Virus record (IMG/VR): IMGVR_UViG_3300028597_000007
Length of the DNA: 64,000 bases
Strand: one strand, 5' to 3'
Source: a virus
Positions 37,687 through 47,627 of the stretch are shown here, piece by piece. A program made the position numbers and the translations under genes. The notes beneath the pieces were generated by a model. The model made no database searches. It was given only the letters and a program-made list of their open reading frames with translations, and had not been told where the DNA came from. Every line of letters starts with the position of its first letter. The first letter of the stretch is position 1.

Positions 37687-38497
37687 TTATTCGGTAACTG
37701 GATCGTTAAACTGCAGATACAGACGACGAGCACCGTCGGCATTTGGACGCAGTCGTACACCCACGGCGTACTTAAAGCCTGGGTGAGTGGGGAGGTCTTC
37801 GTGGTTGTTGCCGACGTAAATAACCTCGGCCTCATCCAGCGTGTAGTTACCATCGCCAGTGGCCACCCAGTTACCCTTACCTTCTTCGGTAGGGTCCATC
37901 TCACCCAGCATGGCGGCAAAGGAAGTAGCGCAATCCTCGGACAACGGACCCAAGGAAACCGCCAGCAGGTATTCTGCAGACTGGGTGAAGTCTGCGCGGA
38001 AGAAGTTGTGCAGTGTGTTCATATCAGGCCCAATCGAAGTAGGGTTGAGTGATGGCCGTGTTGATGTGGGGCAAACGACCAGTCTTGTATTGCCAGCTAC
38101 CTTTCCAGAGGATGCAGGTAGACTTGGCCACGAGTGGGATGGTGTAGGTGCCATCACCATTGTCCACGACGTCCCCGTTTTCTAAGTCGTCCTGGTCGAA
38201 CAACACACCCAGCATTTTGAGCAAGTAGGGGAAACAGTCGTAGACCTTGGTGGCCGCGGACATGGTCACCGATGGGTTCGCCGGAGCATTGAGCTTGAGC
38301 GTCTCCAGACTGTTGCGGTTGTACCGGAAGGTGCGGTTACCCGTGTAGTTCACATTACCTGTGACCGCCGTCAACTTGATCTTGGTGTTGTAACCGTCTG
38401 GGTCGTTGGCCAATGCAACCGGGGGACTGAACAACCAGTCGGCCAGCGTGCCTGGGATCAGTGTGTGTGCCGCCTGCAGTTGAATGAGCAGGCTCAT
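37687..38497 (-). pseudogene. Family A paralogue split by a one-base frameshift (38024..38497 N-domain plus 37687..38022 C-domain)
   Basis: - strand reads TGG GCC TGA T ATG; removing one G gives ...FDW-PD-MNTLHNFF, matching the junction in intact paralogues. Confidence 0.65.
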
Positions 38498-38528
38498 TTT
38501 GGAACCTTGTTTAAAGTCCATAATTCAC

Positions 38529-39410
38529 CTAGCCCTTGTAATGCAGGAAGAAACGACCAGCGAACCAACCGCCGGCAACAGGAGGCGTAACCACGGCAAC
38601 GTGGGTGTAGTCCACCGAGTTAGCCTCTGGGACGTTAACGTTGGGCAGGGCGTAGCGAATGATCCTGCACCCCGCCATCCCGTTCTCAACGCTGGCAACA
38701 CCGTCAAAGTCTAGTGGTCGGCCAGACACGGCAGCCATGTAAGTTACCAGCTCGCGCAGCGCGGCGGTATTTGCCATGATGGTCAGTGCCGTGAAGGTGT
38801 TCAGCAAGTCCTTAAACTTGGTGAAGTCAGTCCCGTAGGTCATGAAGTCTGCCAAGTTGGTTTGACTACCGCCTGGTGCAGCACCAGACACCAGTGCAAC
38901 CACTGCCGGGGTAGCCTCGGGTACTTGTTCAGACACCGGCTTTTTGCTGGCCAGTCGGTTAACGTTGAGTTGCCCAATCCAGGCAGGGTTGTTACCCATT
39001 AGGACCAAGCCCCTCAGGGCCGGGGCCGCACCGATGACGGTTGTACTGAAGTCGGCTGGAACAAAGGCAGTGCCGTATTTCTGGTTCACCCAACGACAAA
39101 CAGCCTCAACCTTGATGTTGTTGCCAGACAGATCGGCTGGGTACGCATAGTCGTCAAGCTGTGGCACGCCCTGAGCGAACATGGTCAGCGGTGCAAGCCG
39201 GCGATACGTCAGAGTTGAGGCACCCATGTAGAAGCCGCCATCGACGGCCATCACGGGGATCTGGGTGTTACGGATACCCTGACCAGTAATCGCAACTGGA
39301 GTACCCAGCTTGCAGTTATCTGGAGAGACGGGCACCTTTAGGTCAGGGTTATCCCGGTTGATCAGGTCATAGACCAACTGGGAGGATTCTTTTCGATAGT
39401 CGATGTCCAT
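38529..39410 (-). CDS. Tail-associated paralogue (family A)
   Basis: LVYDLINRDNP...RNTQI...LTYRRL; ends GRFFLHYKG. Confidence 0.85.
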   Translation of the reverse strand: MDIDYRKESSQLVYDLINRDNPDLKVPVSPDNCKLGTPVAITGQGIRNTQIPVMAVDGGFYMGASTLTYRRLAPLTMFAQGVPQLDDYAYPADLSGNNIKVEAVCRWVNQKYGTAFVPADFSTTVIGAAPALRGLVLMGNNPAWIGQLNVNRLASKKPVSEQVPEATPAVVALVSGAAPGGSQTNLADFMTYGTDFTKFKDLLNTFTALTIMANTAALRELVTYMAAVSGRPLDFDGVASVENGMAGCRIIRYALPNVNVPEANSVDYTHVAVVTPPVAGGWFAGRFFLHYKG

Positions 39411-39434
39411 CTTTTCATCCCAAGTTTGGAGAAG

Positions 39435-39461
39435 GGCCGGGGGCTACCCGGCCACTATGCC
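39435..39461. terminator. Hairpin with adjacent TATGCC
   Basis: GGCCGGG-GGCTA-CCCGGCC-AC-TATGCC. Confidence 0.6.
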
Positions 39462-39462
39462 G

Positions 39463-40344
39463 TCAGTCAGCCGAGTTAGGGTTGTCAGGGTCGTTGAAGT
39501 GCAGGTAGAAGCGACCAGTAGGTACGGTCACGTCAGCACGCAGTTCCAAGCACATGACGTACTTGTACGACTGGTTGGTCGGGAAGACCATGGAGTTCAG
39601 ACCGCAGAAGATAACCTTGGCACCTGCCACCGACCACGACTTGCTGGAGCCGTCGGAGTTCCACAGCGTGGCACCTGGACCTTTGTCGAGAGCCTTGAGC
39701 ATCACTACCAGACGATCTGCCTGGGCCTGGGTCAGGGTGCCTTCCACCATGGCCAACAACTCGTCGCGATAAGCGGTGAGGTTGAGTGGGTAGGTGTACA
39801 GCAGTGCCGAGGTCTGGGTGGTCGGGTCAGTTACCGGGTAGTTCAGACCATTGAGCGCTTTGACAGTCAGCTGGTCGGCCAGGTTGGCGCCGCCTTCAAT
39901 AACGTCGAAGGTCAGTTGATCCAACCACAATGGCGAGGTCGCCTTGGCCTTGAGAGTAACTGTACCCACGCCATCTACCAGGGTGAGTGGCTCGTCGACG
40001 ATGTCCTGCTTGCCGATTACCAGACCGAAGTAGTACAGGATGTTCGGCAGCAGATCATGGGTGGTAACCGGCTTGTAGCACTTCAGGGTACGGGTCGGCT
40101 TGAAGGCAGCGAAGTCGCTCAGCTTCAAGCGGTCGTACTTGATGGTTGCCTTACCTTCGAATCCAGCGCCCGCAGCAGCGGTCACTTTCATGTAGGTGTT
40201 CTTGGTGGTAGTACCTTCCATCCAGGTACCTGCAATCGGCGCAGGGGACGACCACAGCAAGTTCGTCAACGTGAACATGGTGGTACTGTTCGCCGTGTTC
40301 AGGTAGTTGAGGAGGGCCTGATTGGAATCAATGAAAACAGACAT
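39463..40344 (-). CDS. Tail-associated paralogue (family A)
   Basis: KNTYM...GFEGKATIKYDRL; LNGLNYP; GRFYLHFND. Confidence 0.85.
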   Translation of the reverse strand: MSVFIDSNQALLNYLNTANSTTMFTLTNLLWSSPAPIAGTWMEGTTTKNTYMKVTAAAGAGFEGKATIKYDRLKLSDFAAFKPTRTLKCYKPVTTHDLLPNILYYFGLVIGKQDIVDEPLTLVDGVGTVTLKAKATSPLWLDQLTFDVIEGGANLADQLTVKALNGLNYPVTDPTTQTSALLYTYPLNLTAYRDELLAMVEGTLTQAQADRLVVMLKALDKGPGATLWNSDGSSKSWSVAGAKVIFCGLNSMVFPTNQSYKYVMCLELRADVTVPTGRFYLHFNDPDNPNSAD

Positions 40345-40356
40345 GACTGTCTCCTC

Positions 40357-41268
40357 TTAGATGTTGAAGTACAGTGGGACGAACGCTTTGATAAGCGGAT
40401 GCGTGCGCAGGTCCATCGGGATGGCGTACGCGAAGCCCGGCTTGACGAAGTGCGTGCGCAGTGCGTTGGTCGCACCGGCCGGCAGAGCGACCGGGACACC
40501 AAAGCTTGCGCTGGCGTTGCCCAGACCCATTGGGTTGGTGTCGACGTTGTACGGACTGAGGTTGAGGTTGAGACCCGTCTTGCCGTTGATCCAGTTCAGC
40601 AGCCCCTGGTTGCCCGTGGAGTTGATGACGCCCAGGTTCGTCGATGCCGTCCAAGCGTTGTTGAGCGCCCACTCGGTGCAATCCAGACCAGCCAGCAGGA
40701 AGCGACCGTCGTATTTGCGATCCGGGATGGCGATGAAGTCGTTGCCATCGGGCCACACGGCGCCTGCGAGTTCCTGCACGGTCAGGATGTCTAGGCCGAT
40801 CTGTTGCAGGCCACGGTTCCACTTGACAGAAACGCTGCCGGTGTAAGCATAGTTGTCTGCGTTTGCAGTCCAAGTGCGGACGATGCCATCCTGCACTGCA
40901 GCCCAGGCAGAACCAGTGATCTTGGCATCTTCAAGATTGATACCGTACATCTGGTTGATGATGTCGATGGCCGCAGCCTTGGTCATGGTGCCGCCATCAT
41001 TCACCCAACGGGTAAACTGCACGGTTTGGCCACGGAACAGGTCACCCAGCACCCGGCGATGGTACTGTACCTCGACCATGCCGCGGTACTTGGACGAGTC
41101 CTTGGCAGTGATCTTGATGGAAGTGTTCAGCTTGCCGACTGGAGTGGCCAGTGCGGTGGGCGGACCATAGAGGAAATTGTCCGCATCGATTGGCCAAGGC
41201 ATGTTCGGGTTATCGGCATTGATTTGCGCGATCACCTCGTTGAAGTTTGTACCTTTGAAAATTGGCAT
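40357..41268 (-). CDS. Tail-associated paralogue (family A)
   Basis: QINADNP...LNTSIKI...YRGMVEVQYHRR. Confidence 0.85.
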   Translation of the reverse strand: MPIFKGTNFNEVIAQINADNPNMPWPIDADNFLYGPPTALATPVGKLNTSIKITAKDSSKYRGMVEVQYHRRVLGDLFRGQTVQFTRWVNDGGTMTKAAAIDIINQMYGINLEDAKITGSAWAAVQDGIVRTWTANADNYAYTGSVSVKWNRGLQQIGLDILTVQELAGAVWPDGNDFIAIPDRKYDGRFLLAGLDCTEWALNNAWTASTNLGVINSTGNQGLLNWINGKTGLNLNLSPYNVDTNPMGLGNASASFGVPVALPAGATNALRTHFVKPGFAYAIPMDLRTHPLIKAFVPLYFNI

Positions 41269-41278
41269 GGGCGTTTAC

Positions 41279-42052
41279 CTAGGCTGGATTGTAGTGGAAG
41301 TACAGGGCGCCGGCGAGTTGGCCGCTCGTAACAGCTGTCTGGATAAAGACGCGCTGGAAGGCAGGGTTGGCATCCGGCACGTCAGCCGTTGCACGATCCA
41401 CGACCTTGCCCTTGAGGAAGTCAGGGATGCCCATTCGACGACAAACCGATTGAACCAGAGCCCAGTCAGTGTAGTCGCCTTTGGCATTGGGCTTGAGCGC
41501 GGCCTGGATACCCGAGAAGTCCGCGCCCCACGTCCACATACGGGCCGACTGCTTGTTGAGGACAGTGTTGGGGTGCTTGTAGATATCCAGATCAGCATTG
41601 CCAATCACCGAGTCCAGCCACGATGGGCCAAACGAAAGTGCGGCGGTGATACTACCGAACCATTGCAGGGAGTTCTCCTCGATGGCCATCGTCAGTTCAG
41701 TGGATTCGCCATCAGCCAGGACAGGTGGCTCGAAAGCTACAAAGTCTTCTGGGTTGATTTGAATCTTGAACAGGTTGATGAGGGCCTGAGTCAGCGCATC
41801 TCGGTTCAACTCGGTCAACGAGCGGAACGCAAAGTCAGGCGCATACTCTGCAATGTCCATGCGGTTGTAATACACATCGACTTCACCGTAGTAGCCGCGT
41901 CCAGGAATGCCGGAGATGGTCACCAAAGTGTTTCGATCGTTTTCCGTAGTCGGCTGGGGGACCGAGAACGCAAGGCGCTTATCCGTAAACTCCTTGGGTG
42001 GATTGAACATGTCGTTGAGGACAATGATCATCCGTTCACTGTTAGTGTTCAT
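41279..42052 (-). CDS. Tail-associated paralogue (family A)
   Basis: RNTLV...GRGYYGEVDVYYNRM; ends GALYFHYNP. Confidence 0.85.
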   Translation of the reverse strand: MNTNSERMIIVLNDMFNPPKEFTDKRLAFSVPQPTTENDRNTLVTISGIPGRGYYGEVDVYYNRMDIAEYAPDFAFRSLTELNRDALTQALINLFKIQINPEDFVAFEPPVLADGESTELTMAIEENSLQWFGSITAALSFGPSWLDSVIGNADLDIYKHPNTVLNKQSARMWTWGADFSGIQAALKPNAKGDYTDWALVQSVCRRMGIPDFLKGKVVDRATADVPDANPAFQRVFIQTAVTSGQLAGALYFHYNPA

Positions 42053-42063
42053 GACACCCCTCC

Positions 42064-42906
42064 TCAGGCCTGGATGACAGGCTCGTCGAAGTGGAGAGTC
42101 AGATCACCCGTCAAGCCGATGCTGTAGGTGTCGCTCAGACGCACCTTGATGAAGAAGTCGTACTTGGTGTTGGAGATGTCCGGGTTATCCCGGCAAAGAC
42201 CAACAGCGGTCACCTCAGCGCCTTGTAGACTGTATCGCCCACTACCGGTCAGCAGCCATGGGTCGTTAGTCTGGAAAGCCAGTACATCGCGGATGATCGA
42301 CAACTGGTCGGTGCCGACCACAATGTCCTTCAACTGATTGTAGGACGTCGACATGTTGCGCCAGTACGAATAGATCTGGGCATAAGGTCGAGTGGTGGTT
42401 GGCGATGGATAGTTCAGGCCATTGAGGCGGGTGTTCTTCAGGTAGTCGCCCAGGATCAGGCCACCTGTACGAGTACCCACCATGGTCGAGCCAATCCACG
42501 CCAAACTGGTTGGGACGGCGTCCAGTTGGATCGGGGTACCTACAACCTTTTCTTCCGTGGTGAGGTCACGAACAACAATGTCCTCGGCGGTAAAGACCGT
42601 GCCGAAGCGTTTGTTCATGGCATCGATGATATCCTTGGTGGTGTTGAGTTCCTTCACTGGAACAATCAACTCGACTTGGGTAGCCAGGTCGGACAAGGGG
42701 TTACGGTGATAGCGGAGGGTCATTTCGCCAGCGTAAGCCGACTGCTGGTTCTTCGCCGTGATTTTGATGGACGTATTGAGCAGCCCCACCGCCGGAGTTA
42801 CCTCGGCAGGAGCAGACCAGACGTACTCGGCGACAACCAGGTCGAGTTTGTTCAGGCGGTTGATCGAATCCACCATCACATCCATCGAGGGTTTGTAAAG
42901 CGCCAT
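42064..42906 (-). CDS. Tail-associated paralogue (family A)
   Basis: LNTSIKI...YAGEMTLRYHR; LNGLNYP; GDLTLHFD. Confidence 0.85.
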   Translation of the reverse strand: MALYKPSMDVMVDSINRLNKLDLVVAEYVWSAPAEVTPAVGLLNTSIKITAKNQQSAYAGEMTLRYHRNPLSDLATQVELIVPVKELNTTKDIIDAMNKRFGTVFTAEDIVVRDLTTEEKVVGTPIQLDAVPTSLAWIGSTMVGTRTGGLILGDYLKNTRLNGLNYPSPTTTRPYAQIYSYWRNMSTSYNQLKDIVVGTDQLSIIRDVLAFQTNDPWLLTGSGRYSLQGAEVTAVGLCRDNPDISNTKYDFFIKVRLSDTYSIGLTGDLTLHFDEPVIQA

Positions 42907-42918
42907 AGACTTGCCCTT

Positions 42919-43755
42919 TTAGGAAATGACGTTGTAATGGAAGTAGGCCTTGCCTGCATAAGGCAAAACCTGACCGATAGGTTGCTTGTCCTCGATCACC
43001 TGAATAAGGACACGGTCGTAATCCTTGTTGGCCTCGGGCACCTCCGACGTTGGGTAGTCGTACACCGGGTTCCAGTAGCCTTGCGGCCAGTTGGAGAAAC
43101 CGAAGCCAGCCATCAGCGCACGCATCCCGTTCGGGTTGTTCAGGATGGCGGCGTACGGGTGCCTACGAATGGCGTCGTAATGCTCGGACCAATCGCGCGA
43201 ATAAGTGAACAGCGTGATCGGTGTCTTCGCCAGCGTGGTTGTCTTTTGGCCGGGGTGCAGGTGCACATCCAAGTCAGAGATCTGGATAGCCTCCGACAAC
43301 TGGATGCGACGCCGAGTAAACTGGACACTGAACTTACCAATGTAGGACAGTGAGGTGGTTAAGGCGATGAGAGGGATGTTGACTTCCTCGTTCTCGCCGA
43401 GCCAGCTGTAGTCAACCTGGTCGAAGTCGTCCGCATCCAACTGGAGCCCAAGCTCCTGGCTGATATAAGGGAGCATCGAGTGCAGGTTACCGTTACTCAA
43501 CCCCGTGATACGCGGACGATATTCGCCGAAGGCACTGGTCAGGTCCATCCGTTCATATTGAACAGGGACCATGCCCTCGTACGCAGAATCGGGCACGGGG
43601 ATGACGGTGCTAGTCACCAGGGTCGGAAGGGGCCCCTGGACAAACTTAGGCGTGGTGAAGATTACATCGTCCGGGTTCAACGGGGAGGGAAGAACGTTCT
43701 GTTGATTGATAAGATCAACCAAAACGTCCTTGCCCTTTCCAGGGACAAGGATCAT
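42919..43755 (-). CDS. Tail-associated paralogue (family A)
   Basis: LVDLINQQN...YEGMVPVQYERMDL; GKAYFHYN; AGGAG SD before ATG 43755. Confidence 0.85.
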   Translation of the reverse strand: MILVPGKGKDVLVDLINQQNVLPSPLNPDDVIFTTPKFVQGPLPTLVTSTVIPVPDSAYEGMVPVQYERMDLTSAFGEYRPRITGLSNGNLHSMLPYISQELGLQLDADDFDQVDYSWLGENEEVNIPLIALTTSLSYIGKFSVQFTRRRIQLSEAIQISDLDVHLHPGQKTTTLAKTPITLFTYSRDWSEHYDAIRRHPYAAILNNPNGMRALMAGFGFSNWPQGYWNPVYDYPTSEVPEANKDYDRVLIQVIEDKQPIGQVLPYAGKAYFHYNVIS

Positions 43756-43850
43756 TTTTCTCTCCTGAAACCGTGGTCTGAAGGGAAGGAATGCGTGCGG
43801 TGGGCAAAACATTCACATAGGATTAGACCATAGTAAAATAATGGATGGGC

Positions 43851-43881
43851 GGCATAAAAGCGAGTGGCCTCACGGCCACTC
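43851..43881 (-). terminator. Hairpin followed by TTTTATGCC on the - strand
   Basis: GAGTGGCC-GTGA-GGCCACTC then GCTTTTATGCC. Confidence 0.65.
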
Positions 43882-43909
43882 ACTCTCAGCCACTCAGGGT
43901 TGCTTGGCC

Positions 43910-44461
43910 TTAGGCGGCCGGCGCTACCGGGTAGTTCAGACCGCTCAGGGTGGTTACGGTGATGACCTGGGCCAGTGGGATGTCCTCGGACTGCAGGGTC
44001 AGAGTGAGCGATTCCAAGAACACGTAGGAGTCGGCATGAGCCGGGATCTGAATGGTCTTGGTTTCGTTCGGGGTACCTGCCCAGGAACCGATGTCGCCAT
44101 CGACGTAGTCCTTGTCGGTCAGGTTGATACCCAGAGCAGTGTTGATCTCTGGGATCAGATCCTTGTACTTCTCGGCGTCGCCGATCGGAAGGATCAGGTC
44201 ACCCTGGATACCGGCGGCGGCGATGAAGCCGTCGAGGGCCAGGCGGTTGTAGGTCACGGTAACGGCACCGGTATAACCGGAATCCGGCAGGGCGGTCACT
44301 TCCAATGTGGTGTTGGCAACCGGGTTTTGACCGGCTGCTGCAACGGGTACGCCCAGGCCCATCACCGCGCTGGAGATGGTCTTGCCAGGGTTATCGTAGT
44401 TGATGAGGTCGAAGATGATCTCTTCGGGAGCCTTTTTGAAATCACTGACATGTCCAGCCAT
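43910..44461 (-). CDS. Tail-associated paralogue (family A)
   Basis: FDLINYDNP...ANTTL...GYTGAVTVTYNRLAL; ends LSGLNYP. Confidence 0.85.
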   Translation of the reverse strand: MAGHVSDFKKAPEEIIFDLINYDNPGKTISSAVMGLGVPVAAAGQNPVANTTLEVTALPDSGYTGAVTVTYNRLALDGFIAAAGIQGDLILPIGDAEKYKDLIPEINTALGINLTDKDYVDGDIGSWAGTPNETKTIQIPAHADSYVFLESLTLTLQSEDIPLAQVITVTTLSGLNYPVAPAA

Positions 44462-44562
44462 GTGGCACCTGTGCTCGCGATGTGTGTGGTTGGGGTTTAT
44501 AAGGGCCTAAGTAAAAGACCACATACCATAGTAAGGTTATAGATAACGTTAGGAGCACAAAA

Positions 44563-45231
44563 ATGCAGGGGCTATTTGTAACGCTGGAGGCCACAGAGGG
44601 GGCTGGGAAGGGTACCTCTCGCGGGTTCCTCGACGACTGCTTTAAAGCGGCTGGGAGAACCACTACGCTGACTCGTGAACCAGGTGGCACGCCACTGGCG
44701 GAACGAATTCGGGAGCTACTGCTAGCTCCCAGTGACGAGACCATGTGTACCAATACTGAGCTATTGCTCATGTTTGGTTCTCGCATGCAGCATGTGGAGA
44801 AGGTCATTCTCCCACGGATGGCCAAAGGCTCTGTGGTGCTCTGTGAGCGGTTCACGGACAGCACCTATGCGTATCAGCACTATGCGCGGGGATTGTCTAA
44901 GGAGTTTATTGACGGCCTTGTGGCACTATTCAATCCACCGGTACCTGACTACACCTTTATTCTGGACATTGATCCAGAGATCGGCATGCGTCGGGCAAGT
45001 GCTCGTGGGCAACTGGACCGCATTGAACAGGAGAAGATGGACTTCTTCCACAGGGCCCGTAACGGTTTTCTGACACGAGCCAAGGAAGATACTTCAGGAC
45101 GTTTCCGAATTGTGGACGCCACTCCACCGATTCCAGAAGTACGCAAGCAGTATCTTGACCACCTGTTGAATGACAACTTAATTACACCAGAGGCAGCGGC
45201 CCTGGTAAGGGAGAAGTACGATGTCGCATGA
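44563..45231 (+). CDS. tmk: Thymidylate kinase
   Basis: FVTLEATEGAGKGT P-loop, TREPGGT, LCERFTDSTYAYQ, PDYTFILDIDP, LDRIEQE. Confidence 0.95.
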   Translation: MQGLFVTLEATEGAGKGTSRGFLDDCFKAAGRTTTLTREPGGTPLAERIRELLLAPSDETMCTNTELLLMFGSRMQHVEKVILPRMAKGSVVLCERFTDSTYAYQHYARGLSKEFIDGLVALFNPPVPDYTFILDIDPEIGMRRASARGQLDRIEQEKMDFFHRARNGFLTRAKEDTSGRFRIVDATPPIPEVRKQYLDHLLNDNLITPEAAALVREKYDVA

Positions 45232-46558
45232 AGGCAATGAAAAGCTGAACGAAATCCTGGGTGGTCTGCTGACCAGTTATCAAGGTCTGCAAGCTATGGC
45301 AGATGTACAGCGTGATGAGTTCATGGCGGAGATCACCGACGAAACCGGCAAGATCGACCTGGTCAAACTGACCGCCCGTACCGATCGCCTTCGAGCCGAA
45401 CGATCAGCGCAAGAGCAACAAAAACACCCCTACGAACTGAACCCGGTGGACTTTGTCAACAACCCGACCCATCGTGCGGATATTCTCGCAGGGCTTGAAG
45501 GGTTCCTGAAACTGGACTACACGCAGGGGCATGATCCGGTGGCTGAAAATCCAGCCGAAGCAGCCAAGTCCTGGATTCGTCAGGTTCTCGCTTGGGCTAC
45601 TTGCAGCAAGGGCTACCAGGAGCAGATCGAAAGCTTCACCTCCAGCACTGAAGAAACCAACATTGCCGAGAAACTCGGTCGTGGGTTGGTCAAGCCGGAG
45701 GTAACCTACGATGACGATGTCAACATCATCAAGCGTGTCCAAGAGGTGCTCGACGCAGCTCTGGAAGGTAACGATTACCACGAACTCAAGAATGCGGCTG
45801 AAACTGCTCGCGAGTTTGTAAAGGACGTTCTCGTCATGGTCACCAGTGTCCGACATAACACGAAGCCCGTGCTGGACCTGAAGAAGATCGTTGAGATCAT
45901 GCGTGATTGGGTTGAGGCAGAAAGCCTGGCTAGCCATGTGAAGTTCGACATGGCCAACATGATCGAGTCCCTGGACAAGATCATTGCTCAGCACATTGGT
46001 GAAGACGTTCCAGTCGCCGTCGATGCCCAGGTGACCACCGAGTCGCGCACGGTTCACTCGCTTGGCGCAGTAATGTCGGCGGCCAATGACCACCCGCTGG
46101 ATATCGACCAGACAGCACTGAAAGAAGTGGCACTGTGGCTGAACTCGATCGTTGCCAACAACCCAGGCTTCCACAACCTAGGTAAGGAAGGTTACATCAT
46201 TGTACCTAGCTCCAACAATCTACCAGGCAATGTTGTCGACTCCGTTCGTGGTTACCTGATCTCCTATGGTCAAGGCGAGCACATGGCATCGGAACTGCGC
46301 TCTCAGGCAGCGGTGCGTGGTGACCTGTCCATCAACCACATGCCTGAATGGTTTGCCACTACCTGGGGCCATACCTCCAAGGGCGGCTTTGCTGCGCTGA
46401 TGTACCACACCATGACCCAAGTGGCGGCTCAGGAAAAACCGAAGACGGTCCACATCAGCAGCGCTGAGTTGGGCAAGTTGGAAGAAGCCATCCGCAACGA
46501 TCAACCCTTCGCTCTCGTTGACTACATCAAGAGCGCCACCAAGAGCGACGTGAAATGA
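45221..46558 (+). CDS. Helical hypothetical protein (445 aa)
   Basis: Long ORF coupled to tmk and folA. Confidence 0.85.
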   Translation: MSHEGNEKLNEILGGLLTSYQGLQAMADVQRDEFMAEITDETGKIDLVKLTARTDRLRAERSAQEQQKHPYELNPVDFVNNPTHRADILAGLEGFLKLDYTQGHDPVAENPAEAAKSWIRQVLAWATCSKGYQEQIESFTSSTEETNIAEKLGRGLVKPEVTYDDDVNIIKRVQEVLDAALEGNDYHELKNAAETAREFVKDVLVMVTSVRHNTKPVLDLKKIVEIMRDWVEAESLASHVKFDMANMIESLDKIIAQHIGEDVPVAVDAQVTTESRTVHSLGAVMSAANDHPLDIDQTALKEVALWLNSIVANNPGFHNLGKEGYIIVPSSNNLPGNVVDSVRGYLISYGQGEHMASELRSQAAVRGDLSINHMPEWFATTWGHTSKGGFAALMYHTMTQVAAQEKPKTVHISSAELGKLEEAIRNDQPFALVDYIKSATKSDVK

Positions 46559-47250
46559 CCGAACGTAAAATCTGCTGCATCCTCGCCATCAACAAGAAAG
46601 GCGTGATCGGCCACAATGGTAAGTTGCCGTGGCATCTACCAGACGACCTGGCGCGTTTTAAGCGCATCGTGTCGGGCAACACCATGGTCATCGGCCTGCG
46701 CACCCACGAGTCCATTCAGGAGTTTCGCGGGGCGGCCGTGCGCACCCATGACCGAAAGGTCAAGGAAGCCTGGGATAACTTCGATAAGGTCAAAGTAGAG
46801 ATCATTGCTGCTGGCCACTCGGAAGCCAAGCAGAAGCGCCTGATTCAACAGGCACAGTTCCGCTGCGACCAATCCTTGGGGCTGATCGATCCGGTGTACT
46901 TCCCGCACTCGCTACCCAACCGCTTGACCATCGTGGTTTCGACCACCATGGTGGAGCCTAGCAGCAACCCCAACATTCGCGTAGCGCGCTCCCCCGAAGA
47001 AGCGATCGCCATTTGGCAGCGCGAGGGCAAGGGCAATCTGTACGTGGCTGGCGGCGCCAAGCTGTACGAGGCGTTCTGGGACAAGATGGAACTGCTGCAC
47101 CTGACCATCGTCGAAAACGAAGTTGATGGTGACACCAAGTTCCCGTTCGAACTCCAGGGCGCCGAGTGGCGGCAGTTAGCCAAACAGACCATGCGCGACG
47201 ACAAGGAAAACATCACCCACGTATTCCACGTGCTGGCCAAGAAGGTGTAA
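46555..47250 (+). CDS. folA: Dihydrofolate reductase with an insertion of about 62 aa
   Basis: VIGHNGKLPWHLPDDLARFK, LPNRLTIVVS, YVAGGAKLY, GDTKFP. Confidence 0.92.
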   Translation: MTERKICCILAINKKGVIGHNGKLPWHLPDDLARFKRIVSGNTMVIGLRTHESIQEFRGAAVRTHDRKVKEAWDNFDKVKVEIIAAGHSEAKQKRLIQQAQFRCDQSLGLIDPVYFPHSLPNRLTIVVSTTMVEPSSNPNIRVARSPEEAIAIWQREGKGNLYVAGGAKLYEAFWDKMELLHLTIVENEVDGDTKFPFELQGAEWRQLAKQTMRDDKENITHVFHVLAKKV

Positions 47251-47252
47251 CA

Positions 47253-47627
47253 ATGAAGCTATGGACAATCCAGCTCGGGCAGTGGCGAGTGGCTAAGGAA
47301 AGAAATATCCCCATGGTCAACACCACGGTGATGTCTGGGTTGTCCTGGCTTGCACCGACCTGGGAGATGGTAAAAGGCCACAAGGCACGTGTAATTAGTG
47401 ACGCCGAATACATCGTGCAATACGTTCCAATGATGGTGCTGTCGCAACACATTAATCGAGAAGAGTGGCTGTCTCTTGTCCGAATGGAAGAGGTAGCCGT
47501 TGCCTGCTATTGTAAAGTTGGCGACTTCTGTCACCGCAAACTCTTGATTGAGATATTCAAAGAGTTCTGCGAACAAGAGGGCATTGAGTTTACCTACATG
47601 GGTGAACTTACAAAGGGGGCATCATGA
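47253..47627 (+). CDS. DUF488-like protein
   Basis: LAPTWEM and ACYC...FCHR motifs. Confidence 0.7.
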   Translation: MKLWTIQLGQWRVAKERNIPMVNTTVMSGLSWLAPTWEMVKGHKARVISDAEYIVQYVPMMVLSQHINREEWLSLVRMEEVAVACYCKVGDFCHRKLLIEIFKEFCEQEGIEFTYMGELTKGAS

